Under the pieces are notes generated by a model. It saw only the letters and a program-made list of their open reading frames with translations, did not search any database and was not told the origin of the DNA. From Rhodosorus marinus CCMP1338 (taxonomy: Eukaryota > Plantae > Rhodophyta), in contig JAMWBK010000005.1 in assembly GCA_029953675.1 (NCBI GenBank), positions 2,170,001-2,234,000 of the forward strand: a stretch of 64,000 nt of DNA. Direction: 5' to 3'. The translations under genes and the position numbers were made by a program. Positions 49,859 through 62,234 of the stretch are shown here, piece by piece. Every line of letters begins with the position of its first letter. Position 1 is the stretch's first letter.

Positions 49859-50846
49859 GCCATGAACAGATGCATCCGCACGAATCTCACAAGACAGATC
49901 TGCGCGTTGAGAAAAAAATCTGTGAACTGATATTTATCGCTCTCTTCCACTCATATAAATAGCATTGTAATCCCCGAAACTCATGTTTTCGCCCAGCCTC
50001 AAGAACACCCTGGGTCCTCTTCAAGCAGTCATAGCTGCCCAATTATGGCCCGCAGCTTGCCAATATCCTCCTCAAAATGTGGAATTCTAGATTCTTCTCA
50101 TCCAGGTCAGAGTGGAGTTCCGTTCTGAAGATGCAAGCAAACCTTGGCCTCCAGATAACGCAAGGATCAATGGAGCCACCTCTTAATCGTCCTATGTCCA
50201 CCTCCGTCCGATTCTCAACACATCCTAAACACTTGTCCGAGTGACAGGCTGTCATTAAATCTCGTTGAGGTGCTGTTATCTGCTCCAACTGCTCGGAATA
50301 GATTCTCTGGGGAGACATGACTAAACAGGAGGTCGCGAGGTGGATATGGGGCGATGAATCTGTCCGCTTCTAAATCGTGACTCTCCCGGTATGTCCCAAG
50401 CTCGCAGCTGCTCTCCACCAACGTATCTGAGTGACAGGCTGTCCATTTCTCGCATACGGCTGTTGGGCTCCTGAAATCTGTATCAATGGCTGTCGAAAGC
50501 CCCAATTATTGTGTACATTTTTCGTTCAGTACCACAGGGTTCTTCTCCTCACTGGGCGAAGAGCCTCTCAGTTGGAACTACAGAAAGCTTCTTTTTTTAG
50601 CTAACGACGGATGCTGCGATTAGAGAGGGCTTCCCGGAACGAGTAGAAACGACCCGAGCGGTCGCCCCCTGACTGTGTTAAATACGTTTCATCGAGACTG
50701 GTTAGGTCTCAGATTTTCTAGTTGAAATCCATAGTCCATAGTCGTTGATCTGATCTAGCTCCCCTGGATGCGATTACGCCTTGGCCTCGGGCCCATGAGC
50801 TCATTAGGGTCTTTTTTCCCCTTTCCAATACTCTTCCCGCCAAGGA

Positions 50847-52571
50847 CTACGCATCCAGCCTATCTTCAAATCGGGAGCAGTACGTTTCAATTCTTCTCAG
50901 CAGTGGGCTGACATCGAACGGCCATAGATGGTGCGCCCGCAGCCGCTGAAATGCAGATATCAGGTCCCTGAAGAGGGCGACAACTGATCCGTCGGGGTTG
51001 ACCGAATTCCTCAGATACATGAGGAGCAATCTGAGCGTTTCAGTTTCGTTTGAGAAGCACCAATCACATACCAGACTTGTATCAAAGTCGATAAAGTCGA
51101 GGAATCGCGCGATCATCACGTCGGGATCAAAACACTGATATTTCTGTTTGGTTCTGCGGATTTCCAGAGAGCATCCTACTTTAGCCAGATGAAGTGTTGT
51201 AGAATACGACCGGTGGCAGATATGTCCGCGATATAATACCTCACGAGCTCCTCACTGTCTGGCAAGTTACGTATTAGTATCCAAAGCTGCATTCCGATTA
51301 GGATAGATTCGACCAGCTGATCGTCTTGCTCCGAAAAGACCTCGAAAATGTCTGTACTTGTAACAACGTCTTCCTCAACCTGTGAAGTTGAAAAGAAACC
51401 ATTTCGCATCCGCATTTTAGAGCGCTTTGGTCTTGTCTTCTCTGTCGCGGAAACCTGGGAACTAACACTGTCTTGCTTAGCTCACAGTCAAGTCCAGCTC
51501 CTGATGTTCATGAAAGCTGTAGTAGATTTCGACCATTTTGAAAAGAACTAATAGCCAAGTGCGGTATGCGATGCGATGGGCAACCTCTTTCGGGGCAGCA
51601 GCAAAGTAGCACCGAGGGTGGTCCTCTGCTTGTATGGCGTATTTCTGCGGTAGGGTTCGGACTTTCCCCGGCAATACAGAGCATCGGTTGAGAACGAGTC
51701 GAAGCAACTCCATCGACCTCTGCCGTACCCATAACGGCAGATCCTCAGAGTCCGTCCGAATGCACAGTTCGCCCAATCTCGTGGCCGTATCTTGATCGCT
51801 CGTGTACGTTAGCGCTTTTCGTCCAAATCGGAACATCGCGTAAAGGCAGAGGCTATCTGGAGATGCTGCAAGACTATGGCGTTCATGGATGCAGTCCGAG
51901 AGAGGATGAACGTAAGTGGTGTTCTCCATTTTCTCTAGGGCTGAAGCGCAGATAGTACCTCACGAATAGAGTTTCAGAACCCATCACACTGCCAACGATT
52001 TCAGATCCGAAAATACACGGCTCTGGGGAGCTTCGAAGGGCCTCCGCCAGAACAAGGGCACGATGTCTGCGTATGATACCTGCGTTTAGTGAGTCATCAC
52101 GTTCAGGCTTTGAAAGTCTCTTTTGCACGAGCTCATGGTCTATCGGCCTCTAGGGTGCTGATGAAGCGTTTTCTCAAAACAAAATTTGGAATGCTCCGCC
52201 GCATGAAAGGCCCATCGCAGAACAAGATACCAACCGAGGCATTCTGTACACCTACTAGACGTTGAGTTTCGCAGAAACTCATCGGGCAGGCCGAAACCGC
52301 TCCTCAGCAGGTACACATGAGCTCTCCTCACCGCGTACTCTAGCAGGGGGTCGGCGACGTCGAGGTGAATCTTGGAGATACGGTCCCTAAGGACAGATGC
52401 GGGACTTATCTCGCTCCGAACGAACTTGTCGAGAAGGACAACTACCTGACAGCGGGGTTTCAAAGCACGAAAGTCTTTCTCCTCAAGGCCGCCTTCATGC
52501 AGCCCTAAAATTGGATCAAGAACCTCCAACGTCCCAGCCAGCGCCTGGTCAGATGGGCTCACCAGGTCCAT
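50847..52571 (-). CDS. Lines (LINS1)-like protein, multi-exon; 5' end uncertain
   Basis: Last exon FLDFIDFDTSLVCDWCFSNETETLRLLLMYLR resembles the Lines_N core, and FQRLRAHHLWPFDVSPLLRRIE resembles Lines_C (RL...LFPYxxxPLLR). Confidence 0.65.
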
Positions 52572-53417
52572 CCCTGGACATCAGTTCACGGCGTCTTCTT
52601 GTCAGTCCTCAACAAAAGCACGCGTTTCGGATCGCAGGCACATTGAACATATAGATTACATTCTCAGGTAACGAGCCCAGCAGTGAACACAGGATATAGG
52701 CGAAAGTGGGTTAGAGGGTCTCAAGGTTCAATACCCATCACTGAGCACTTCCACCCCCTGAAACGCGGGAAACAAGGAGGAGGAATCGGTTGTCAAAGAC
52801 TTTAAGAAGCAATTAGAAAAAAACAGATAATGAGGAGTAACGCTACGCTTCAGAGCAAGCAACTCTAGTTTCGTAACTCTTTCAGCTTGCCTTCCCCAAA
52901 AGCTGTCGATTGCAGTCCGAAGCTTACCTAATGTTCCAGAGCGAGCGCACACACAAAATACGATAAATCAATCGTTTTATGTATAAAATAGTTGTTTTGC
53001 ATAAAAACGAGGAATAATAGTGTTATTTACAATACGACGATCAATTTAGGGCTACGAGTGGGTTTCAGGGACATCCGGGTAAATCTAGGTTTTCAACGCT
53101 TAATCGTTAAATATGATATATTGATTAATAATTACGATATGTAGGTGAAAGTTATCGTGCTTAATGGTTTTTTTGACGGGATACGTGTTGGACGCGGGAT
53201 TTTGATAAGTTCTTAAACGAGCGCATGACGAATGGAGGTGTCGGGAGATAGATGGGATATCAATGGAGATTTTTAGATGGCTGCCGAGGAGGAGGAAGCA
53301 GATGGATGTATTTAATGTGAGACTGACAGCATTTCGGAAGAAGATATGGAAACTGTAGATCAGTGAAGGATCTAAAACAGGAGTCCACAAGCTGCTGCTT
53401 TCAAACCGATCTGGAGT

Positions 53418-56400
53418 ATGAAACCAGTAGGATGGGGAGCGATTTTGAGGATGTCCAGACTAGGGAATGTACCGCTTAGAGGCAGCGCTTCAGCGCTATT
53501 TGTTGCTAACACTCCGATTTTGTATAGAGGGTATCTTAGAAGTGTGTCCACGGCTCGGATTTGTCAGCGTGCGCAGGCCAAGGAGAGTACAGGGTTCTTC
53601 GATGACATAGCGAGGCGGAAGGAACTTGATAGGAAGCCCTTGGCTGATTTTACGAGGGAGGAATACGATTGGTTAGCGAGGAAAGTGAAGCATCTGGATC
53701 AGTTGTATTACTCGGATAACCCAGACCCCGAGGTCTCTGATGTACAGTACGACAACATGCTAAATCGGGTGGAGAGGCTTGAAAAACTTCGCCCCGAGTG
53801 GATCATTGCAGATTCACCTACTAACAGGCCCGGTTATGCTGAGCCCAGCAAAAATTTCATGCAAGTGGAGCACGCGCGTCCAATGTTGTCTCTCGCGAAG
53901 ACCTATTCGGAGAGGGATCTGGAAGCTTTCGTGACGAGAATCGAGGATGAATCGGTGAGGCTTTCTATCCGATTCCCAGTAACATCTTTTCGATAAACAA
54001 ATAATAAAACCCTCACTCAGAATCTGCGGCAATCGCATTACTCAACAATTTTCAACAGAGCTCACCCCTTTGCGTAGAACTGAAGATCGATGGGGTTGCT
54101 CTGAGATTGACGTACCGAAATGGAGAATTGTACCAAGCAGTAACTCGCGGAGATGGCACATTTGGAGATGACGTTACTCGAAACGCGATACGAGTTCAGG
54201 GTATTCCAAAGAACCTCCCCACCGGAGTTGATAATATCGAAGTCTCTGGTGAAGTTTGCATTTTGAGAGAGGTGGGGATATGCCAAGCGCTGCGAGGCAA
54301 AAGAGGAATTGAAAAAACAACTCAGCTGCTCAGATGTCGGCTTCTTCACCTTTCGTTGTTGCAGGATTTTGAGCTGTTGAAGAAGGAACACAAATCGATC
54401 TCCAATGTACGAAACTCGGCGGCCGGTGCACTCAAGCTTACGGATCCAGATATGGTTGCGGCAAGAAGATTGACTTTCATCGCGTACGATCTGGCGCTTG
54501 CTAGGGGACTGGACGGAAGCGATCCTATCGTCGCGAGAGGATTCCCGACGTCCCAGTCAGAGGCGCTCCATCGGATGATTCCGTGGGGATTCAATACTAG
54601 CACCGAGTGGCGGGTTTGCAGGACCTCCCAAGAGGTATGCTCACTAGTTTCAAGTCCAAACAGCTGGTACTCGGCGAATACTGAACGAACTATCCGACCG
54701 TGTTGAAATAGATCCTTCACTTCGTTCATGAGATCAACAAAAGGCGAAGCAGCCTTCCAATGGAAGTGGATGGTATTGTCGTCAAACTCGATGACTTCCA
54801 AGCTCAGGAGGACATGGGCTACACTAACAAGAGCCCAAAATGGGCAGTGGTACGAATTTGCGAAAAGAAGAAGTGGGACGATTTCGCGCGCTCGAATGCG
54901 AACAGATGAGGTCGTTGATGACAAGACCGACCTCGATTCTCTTCGATGTTTTTCATTCTTGACGTTCCAGGCGCACAAGTTTACCAACCTGCAATCAATC
55001 ACAACCGTCAAAGACGTTGTTTTCCAGGTGTCACGATATGGGGTGCTAACACCCGTGGCTCTTCTGGACCCTGTCGGGATAGGAGGCGTCACCATAACTC
55101 GAGCCACCCTGAACAACTATGGGTTCATGGAGGAAATGGGCATAAACAAAGGAGACAGTGTCTATATAGAACGTGGAGGGGATGTCATTCCAAAGGTGGG
55201 CAACCCTCCCATTCCTAAGCAGTTACTGAACGTCGGAACGGATTCATACGCTAAACTGTATACTCTCAAACCGATTCAGATAGTAGGTATCTGTGAAAAG
55301 AAGATCAAGGGGTCTAAAGGCCCGAAAGTCTTCCCAGCTCCGAAGGCATGCCCGTCATGCAGTTCTCCAGTAGGTCTGGACGATCGTATCCTACGTAAGC
55401 AATACATCGCTCCTTTGACGAAAACCGTTGTGAGTTTGAAAAACAGGGTCTGACCACAAACCGGGCCGCATCTACCCGCAGGCTGTCGCAATAAGAAATG
55501 CCCCGATCAAGTGTTGCAGAAGCTTATCTTCTTCTCATCAAAGCAGGCGATGAATATCGATGGGCTTGGGGAGAAAACCATTGTCCAACTCGTTGAGTCA
55601 AACATGATCTCCAAGCCCTCCGATATCTTGGAGCTGACTCCAAGTGACCTGGTGAAGGTAGAGAGAATTGGTCAAAAAAAGGCTGAGAAGATCGTGAAAT
55701 CTATTAAGGAAGCAGCTTATACTGCGACCCTTGCGCAAGTGATTCATGCAATGAGTGTACCCAGCTGCGGAAAGAAATGCGCTGAGGATTTGGCTGACTA
55801 TTTTAAGTACCTGGAGCATCTACTGCTGCTGGACGAAGAGGATCTTGCCAGTGAATATGGTAGGCATTCGCAGACCTGCGATTTACCTTGGTGCCACTGA
55901 CTCTGACCGAATATGCTTGATAGGGTTCGGGCTTGGCAGCGTCCAGGAAATTGCGGCCTACTTTTCAGATCCTGACGTGGTAGCGGATCTTATCCGCTTG
56001 CGGAACCTTGGTGTCAAGGCCCTCCAGGAGCGTGCTCCCAGGGTAGTTGGACACGGCTCGCCAGAGCAGATCGAGCAGTTCGAGACTCCGGTCGATAAAG
56101 GTTCCGGTGAGGGATCTTTTCAGAATATTTTGAAAGGTTTGTACTCCCAAAACACAGTTTTCAAATGAGGTGGAGACGCTGTGGGGAACTTAACAGTTCT
56201 GATGCTGTCCATGTCCATTTGTCAGGAAAAAGGTTTGTCTTCACCGGAACTCTGGATGGTCTATCTCGGGACGAGGCTGCAAAGCTCGTCAAGGTGAAGC
56301 AAGGGAGTGTCGGAAATACAATCTCCAAGAAGGTTGACTACATCGTAGCAGGTGAAAATGCCGGGAAGAAGCTCCGAGAAGGACAGGAGCTCGGATTGAC

Positions 56401-56440
56401 GATCCTCGATACCAAGGAATTCCTGGAAATAGTCCGATGA
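53418..56440 (+). CDS. ligA: NAD+-dependent DNA ligase (bacterial LigA type) with N-terminal organelle-targeting extension, 9 exons
   Basis: Ia motif LYYSDNPDPEVSDVQYD; HARPMLSLAK; active site ELKIDG; AVTRGDGTFGDDVT; EVSGEV; EVDGIVVK; PKWAVAHKF; OB fold; C4 zinc finger CPSC...CRNKKC; HhH NIDGLGEK; BRCT FVFTGTL. Eight GT-AG introns traced by hand. Confidence 0.95.
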
Positions 56441-59012
56441 TTAGAGAAGGATGTGCTTTTTTTGTTTCTACGCTTGGTCTTGTGAGACAAGGCTCAGCTT
56501 ATGGTTGGCGACCTGTTCCCACCAGTTTGCAGGCCCGCGCGAAGTGCAAGGAGCAACGTAAGCGATAATGAACAACTGCTCAATTTTGAGCAGTATCGGT
56601 CTCCCCAGTAAATTAAGAAAAAGGAGGAATTTGTCCGTAGAATGTCTTGCTGCTGAATAAGCTATGGAATTGCTGAGGGTTGAATCCGCACGTTCATTCG
56701 ACAGGCTACTCTGCAGTCGCGGCGCCACTCCCACTCCTCACGGACAGGCGGTAAACCGTTGGCTAGTAGCATGTACTAAACTCGCAGATTAGTCCATCCC
56801 AGCCATGGAAACTCATGGGGCGCCTGAGAACACGCAGAATTGGTGGCAATATCGGCACGCAAACATGTGGATAAGGTGGGTCCGGTATGCACCCCTCCCC
56901 CTTTTGTGCCCTGGGCCTCGTCTCAATCTTTGACGTGGAGCCTCTGTCCAGCCTAATTATGGTTCACTTCTTCAAGCGAGTCGCGTTCCGCACCACAACT
57001 CGCAAACTGTACAAAGCTGTACAATCGAATGTCGTAGCTCTCCTTCGATTTCCGAAAGCGAAAGGATATGAATATCTCGGAGCGTTAACCAATCGACATG
57101 TCGAGTATCCAGCATGCTCATTAATATCCCTTAAATAAGTTAACTAGAGGATATAATTAAATAACCAATGCGAAATGAATACGAGAAGGGGTTTCTAGTT
57201 TTATTACAAAAAATGGTTTTGTTCCAACAAACCAAGAAACTTCAACGCTGCGGACCCTTCGATTGAGTTTTTGCGGGCGTTGCCAGCTATCGTTCGCAAT
57301 AATTACTCGAGTTTTTGCCTTGGTAAATATATAAAAATACTTGGTTATTCTGTTCTCCGACTGGCAACCTTTTGTCCAATGGAAGCTTTCTTTTCTGCTC
57401 TTTAGCCAATCATACCATGCAATGTCGACCGTTCGCTAACGTCGTGGCCTTTCACTTGTTTTCACATGACGTCGCTCTGAAAACTAATCAATCCAAGGCT
57501 AGCCACGAAAAGAGGGCTATTTATTTTTTGGGGAAATTGGAGGAATTTTTGTTTTTGGTACTATTTAGCTTCCCAAAACTCCCGGACAACAACAAAATTT
57601 CCATATCATGAAAATTTGTTTTTCTAAAGCACCGGCAGAATCAATCTTGGAAACGGGGACGAGAAAACCTTGAGCTTTCTAGGGGTGGCAGACACTGAAA
57701 GAAAAAAGAGAAAAGGAAAAAAAACCAATTGGCAAATCTGGGAGCTTAACGATGAAAAACATTTGTGGATCTGACGGAAAAAAGGAAATTCCTTGGTCCA
57801 CTCACACCTCACCTCCTCCTCCTTTTTGAGCTTGCATGAACAAAATTTCCTCTACCCATACTCCCAACTTCAACTATCAAATGTTTGTGGACTTAAAAGT
57901 TTGTAGCAATATTCTTCGGGCTAAACAATTTCATTCGTTTTTCCAGCCCTTCGTAATTAAAATTTGTGTTTGCCATAAACGAGCATTTTACAAACCCCCC
58001 CCCCCCCGTCCCCTCGAGAACCTCAAACAGGTTTTTCACGATGCCGCCGGACTCAGCCAATGCCAGAATTTCGTTTCTCAGAGATCACTGGTACAAAACT
58101 TTCCACTCGTCGTCCGGGGGCAAACTAAGCCAGCGACAAACACCTTTCCGTAAATAAAAAATAAAATAAAAAATGTAGTAAAGTATTTCATACTGATCTC
58201 ACCCCCCAGGAAATGTTGTATGAGATAGTACGAAACCCACGAAGTATAAAAACAAATTGAATAATGAAAATAGCGCGCTTCCGCCAATCAATTTATCTTA
58301 AACTGTCCAATCTTCGTTATTGAACATCGTTTCAATATATCCCGTTTTCATTTATCCATAAATTTAAGAAGTAGTTTATCGCTTCCCCCCTTCATTTGAT
58401 CATGTGGAAACCCTGAACCTCCGCAAAGTATTTAACAATACGATTATTTTTAAAGCCACACGCGGGGTGGAAAAAGTTGTCAACGTTGGCACAATCCTAA
58501 AAGACGGTGTTCTCATCATATATATGTTGGAGCGCGGTTCGAAAATACTGTCCACGTGAAGTCCATACCGTTTAAAGTCGTTGATGAAAATACTAATAAT
58601 TATTTAATAATTACCTAATACGACGAGCGACAGGTCGTAAAAATTGCAACGTTTAGATGGTATGAATGCTGGATATTTGTAATTTGAAGTACTATGTGGT
58701 ATCGATATTTGAAGAGGTTTTTGCCATTCTTGGCGTAAGTACATATTTGTGATGAGGCTGGGTGACGACTGGATTTTACGAAGGTAAACGAAGTTAAAAA
58801 GGAAAATGGGTTGAGGGGGTGTACTGCCTCGCGCTTGGCGGAGTAGAGGGAGGAGTAGGGAACTTCTCTTTTGCTGCAAGGTTGAAGAAGGTGGAAGTTG
58901 AGGGTTCTGAAAACCTGTCGAGTATCGAATTAGGGTGTCTTGGGTTGCTTTGTAGAAGATTACTGTTTTCTTGAGGAAGGGGGGATTGGAGCTTGAGGTT
59001 TTACGAGAAAAC

Positions 59013-61602
59013 ATGGTGGGTTTCTTACCGCCACCTTTGCCGTCTCGTGTGAAGGCGTCGAGCGTGTCGGTGAACCCATCGAACACTGGCACGGCACCGG
59101 CTGGAGGTGCCGCACGAGTGCTCGACGCCAATGCTGCGGCGACGGCTGCGGCCTGGAATCGTCGGAGCATCGAACCGATTTCGAATCCGTACGATATGTC
59201 ACTGTGGTCCAATGATGGTCATTTCACAAAAAGGAATTGGTAAGTGCTGGCTGATTTTGCCGTCGGCCGGTGCAGCTTTGGGAAGGTCTTGGGAAGGTCT
59301 TGCCGAGCCGGTTGAACTACGGCTTCTTAGTGTCCCAAACCAAGCTCTGAGGACTGAGGTCGTCGGTGCTGCAGCGCGGAATGTATCGCCTTGTGAAAAC
59401 TAAGCACGGTTGTCCATGATTTTTTTTTAGGGTTGAGTCTGAGCAGATTCCGAAGATTGCGCAGACTGCGAGGTATGCTCTCGATGAGAGCAAGCAAGGC
59501 ATTTTGGTAGAAGGGCACGTGGCTGGCGTACAGCCTAGACCCTTTCAACCCGGTTCGAGCGTGCCCACTTCGGCCAAGTATCCGACCGCCACAGCAGCAG
59601 GTGAAACAGGGATGAGATCAAACCAACGTCACCGGACCAACAAAGCACAAGGTCAGAGGCCGAAGGGGAACAGCCGCGAGCTTGAGGGGATGATTCGCGA
59701 ACGAAAGTACGTACTTTTTTACATTCTTGACTGTCAAGCTGTGCAATTGCCGGCGTTGTTCTGGATATGTTTTCACTGACAAAACGCGGTCGCTTGCATT
59801 CAGGTTTGCCGAGGCGCTGAAAATAATAGAGGAGACGCGGGGTCGCGGGATGTTTGGACAACGACAATTAAACGCTTTGCTAAACGCCGCTGGGAAAGCA
59901 GGAAACTTAAAGCTTGCTGAGCGTGTTTTTGATGAGTTTACCCTGAGCGGACTCAGACGCGACGTAGCCACATACTCAATCATGGTGTCCATATATGGCA
60001 AGCTCGGGGCAATGGAAAAGGCCGTGCACTGTTTTGCGCAGATGGAGTACGAAGGTAGGTTTGCGTAGGTGTCATTGAAGACTTTGGTCCCTTAGCTTCG
60101 GTGTTAAGGCAGTGTATACTTTCTCTGCTCGTTCGCGTAGATGTCAAAGCCAATGCCTTTACATACTCTGCTCTGATTGAAGCTTACGGGAGGAAAGGAA
60201 TGGTGAAGAACGCAGGAAAATCGTTCCAGAAAATGAAATCAACTGGCATTGAGCCCAACGTAGTGGCGTACAATGCTCTGCTAAAGGTGTTCGTCAACGC
60301 TAGTCGATTAAATGACGCCTTCGAGCACGTTGAGGAGATGGAGCGAAGTGGAAAGAAGCCTGATGTGATCACGTATGGAACCCTCATTGACGCCTGCTCT
60401 AAGGCGAGGGACGTGGAGAGGGCTTTCTTAGTATTCAACAAGATGAGGCAGATGCGGGTCAAGCCGAACAAGATCTGCTATGCGAGCCTCATCGACGCGT
60501 GCAGCAAGGCACGACAGGTCGATCGAGCGTTCACCGTAATGGCGTTGATGAAGCAGGACAGGATACTTCCAGACATCTTTGCGTATAATGCGCTCATCGA
60601 CGCGTGTGGGCGGGCCAAACTCGTTGACAAGGCCTTTGAAGTCAAGGATGAAATCGTCGGCAGCGGCTTGAAACCTGATAAGGTGACATTCAATGCGTTG
60701 ATCTCTGCTTGTGGTCGAGCTCGGGATCTTCCCCGCGCGTACGAGGTACTGGATACGATGATTCAGGAATACGGCTACGTGCCCGACAGACATACGTACA
60801 ACGCATTAATTGATGCTTGCGGGAAGGCCAACAGAATCGATCAGGCGTTTGAGGTCTACCGAAGAATGAACGAATCCGTAAGTCGGCCGGACGATTGCGA
60901 GTCGGGGGGTGGATGTGTTTTCTCACGTGAGTTTCTTAATCGTTTTAGGGAACGCGAGCGTGTGCCGTTACATACAACGCACTGATTGATGCATGTGGCC
61001 GTGCGAAAAAGCTGGACGTTGCTCTGAACTTGACGAAAGAAATGTGGAAGAATGGTATTCGCCCGGACAACTACACTTTAAATACGCTTGTTGCGGTGTG
61101 CTGTAGGTGCGGAGATACCAATGCTGCATACGACATTATCGCGAGAATCCAGGCCTTTGGAGTGCAACCGGATGACGTTACGTACAATATTCTCATTGAT
61201 GCGACCGGGAAGAGAGGGGACTTGGAGAAGGCGTGGGCGCTGTTTGAGGATATGGGTCATCGCAGTAAGTTGTTCACACCGCACCACTGCAAGCTAGTAA
61301 TGCTTTCCAGCGATCACGCTACGAAAATGTTGACCTGGTATTGATATCTTTACCTAGATTTGGAACCGACGAAGATTACGTTTAACGCCGTTGCCTCCGC
61401 CTGTGCGAAGGCCCAAGACGCCGAGAGAGGTATCAAGCTGCTTACAACGATGGTCGAAAGGCGACATGATATTGACCCAGCAACGTATTGGGCGCTTGAC
61501 GAGGCCAGCGTTGGTGACAGTGAGCACGCCACCGCCCTGCGCTCGCAGTTAAAAGTTTTGCGAACGCCGGAAAGTCCGGCCAAGGTGATGAATGCATCTT
61601 GA
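59013..61602 (+). CDS. P-type pentatricopeptide repeat protein with 13 motifs and probable plastid transit peptide
   Basis: N-terminus MVGFLPPPLPSRVKASSVSV. Tandem 35-aa motifs such as VAYNALLKVF...KKPD, ITYGTLIDACSK...VKPN and FAYNALIDACGR...LKPD. Introns inside motifs splice to restore 35 aa. Confidence 0.92.
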
Positions 61603-62234
61603 AGAGCCTGACCCTGAACGCCGTTGGCGACGCATTGGCGTTGGGCGCTGGAAGCAGATAAAGTCTCATTGATTGCCGTTTGTGGCGTTTGGGGTGTGGA
61701 ACACCGCGATGTACGAATATGGTGTATGTGTTTGTATGTTTGTCTCTTTGCAATTCATGTATTATATATATTAAGCCGATATGGCGTAGTATTATGTGTT
61801 GTATTTTCTTTAGTGTCAGTTTTGGTTGCTTCACAGATACCCAGAGGGGGGAAAGCGAAGCAGAAAAAATAGTTCGGTAAAATTAATGTCTTTGAAACCT
61901 CAATTCGAGGCAGCCTGCTCTGCTTCTCAGCAGTCAACCCCAAACCAGCTACCGATGGTGGCTTCCCAACCGCATCGCGCATCAGCGATTAGGCTTTTTG
62001 CAAAGCCCACCATCGCGAGTCGTCACGAGCAGCAACTGTACAGGCGATTTGTGGACTTTCCTCGCATCCATGCGAAAGGGCTTTACTACAAGCTCTTTCC
62101 GGGGGAACGCCATCACCAGCCTCTCAAGGCACGCCAATGGTTGCGAGTTTTATTATGAACATAGGGTTACATCGCGCGCTCGCCGCGGAGCACGTACTGT
62201 GCACACAAAACCTTGCTTTCGGTTATCGAATCGG

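Noticed and set aside
57061-57069. ATATCCTTT on the minus strand, matching the U12 AT-AC donor consensus
   Set aside because: No convincing U12 branch point with a suitably spaced AC, and no supported host gene. Every intron I traced is GT-AG.
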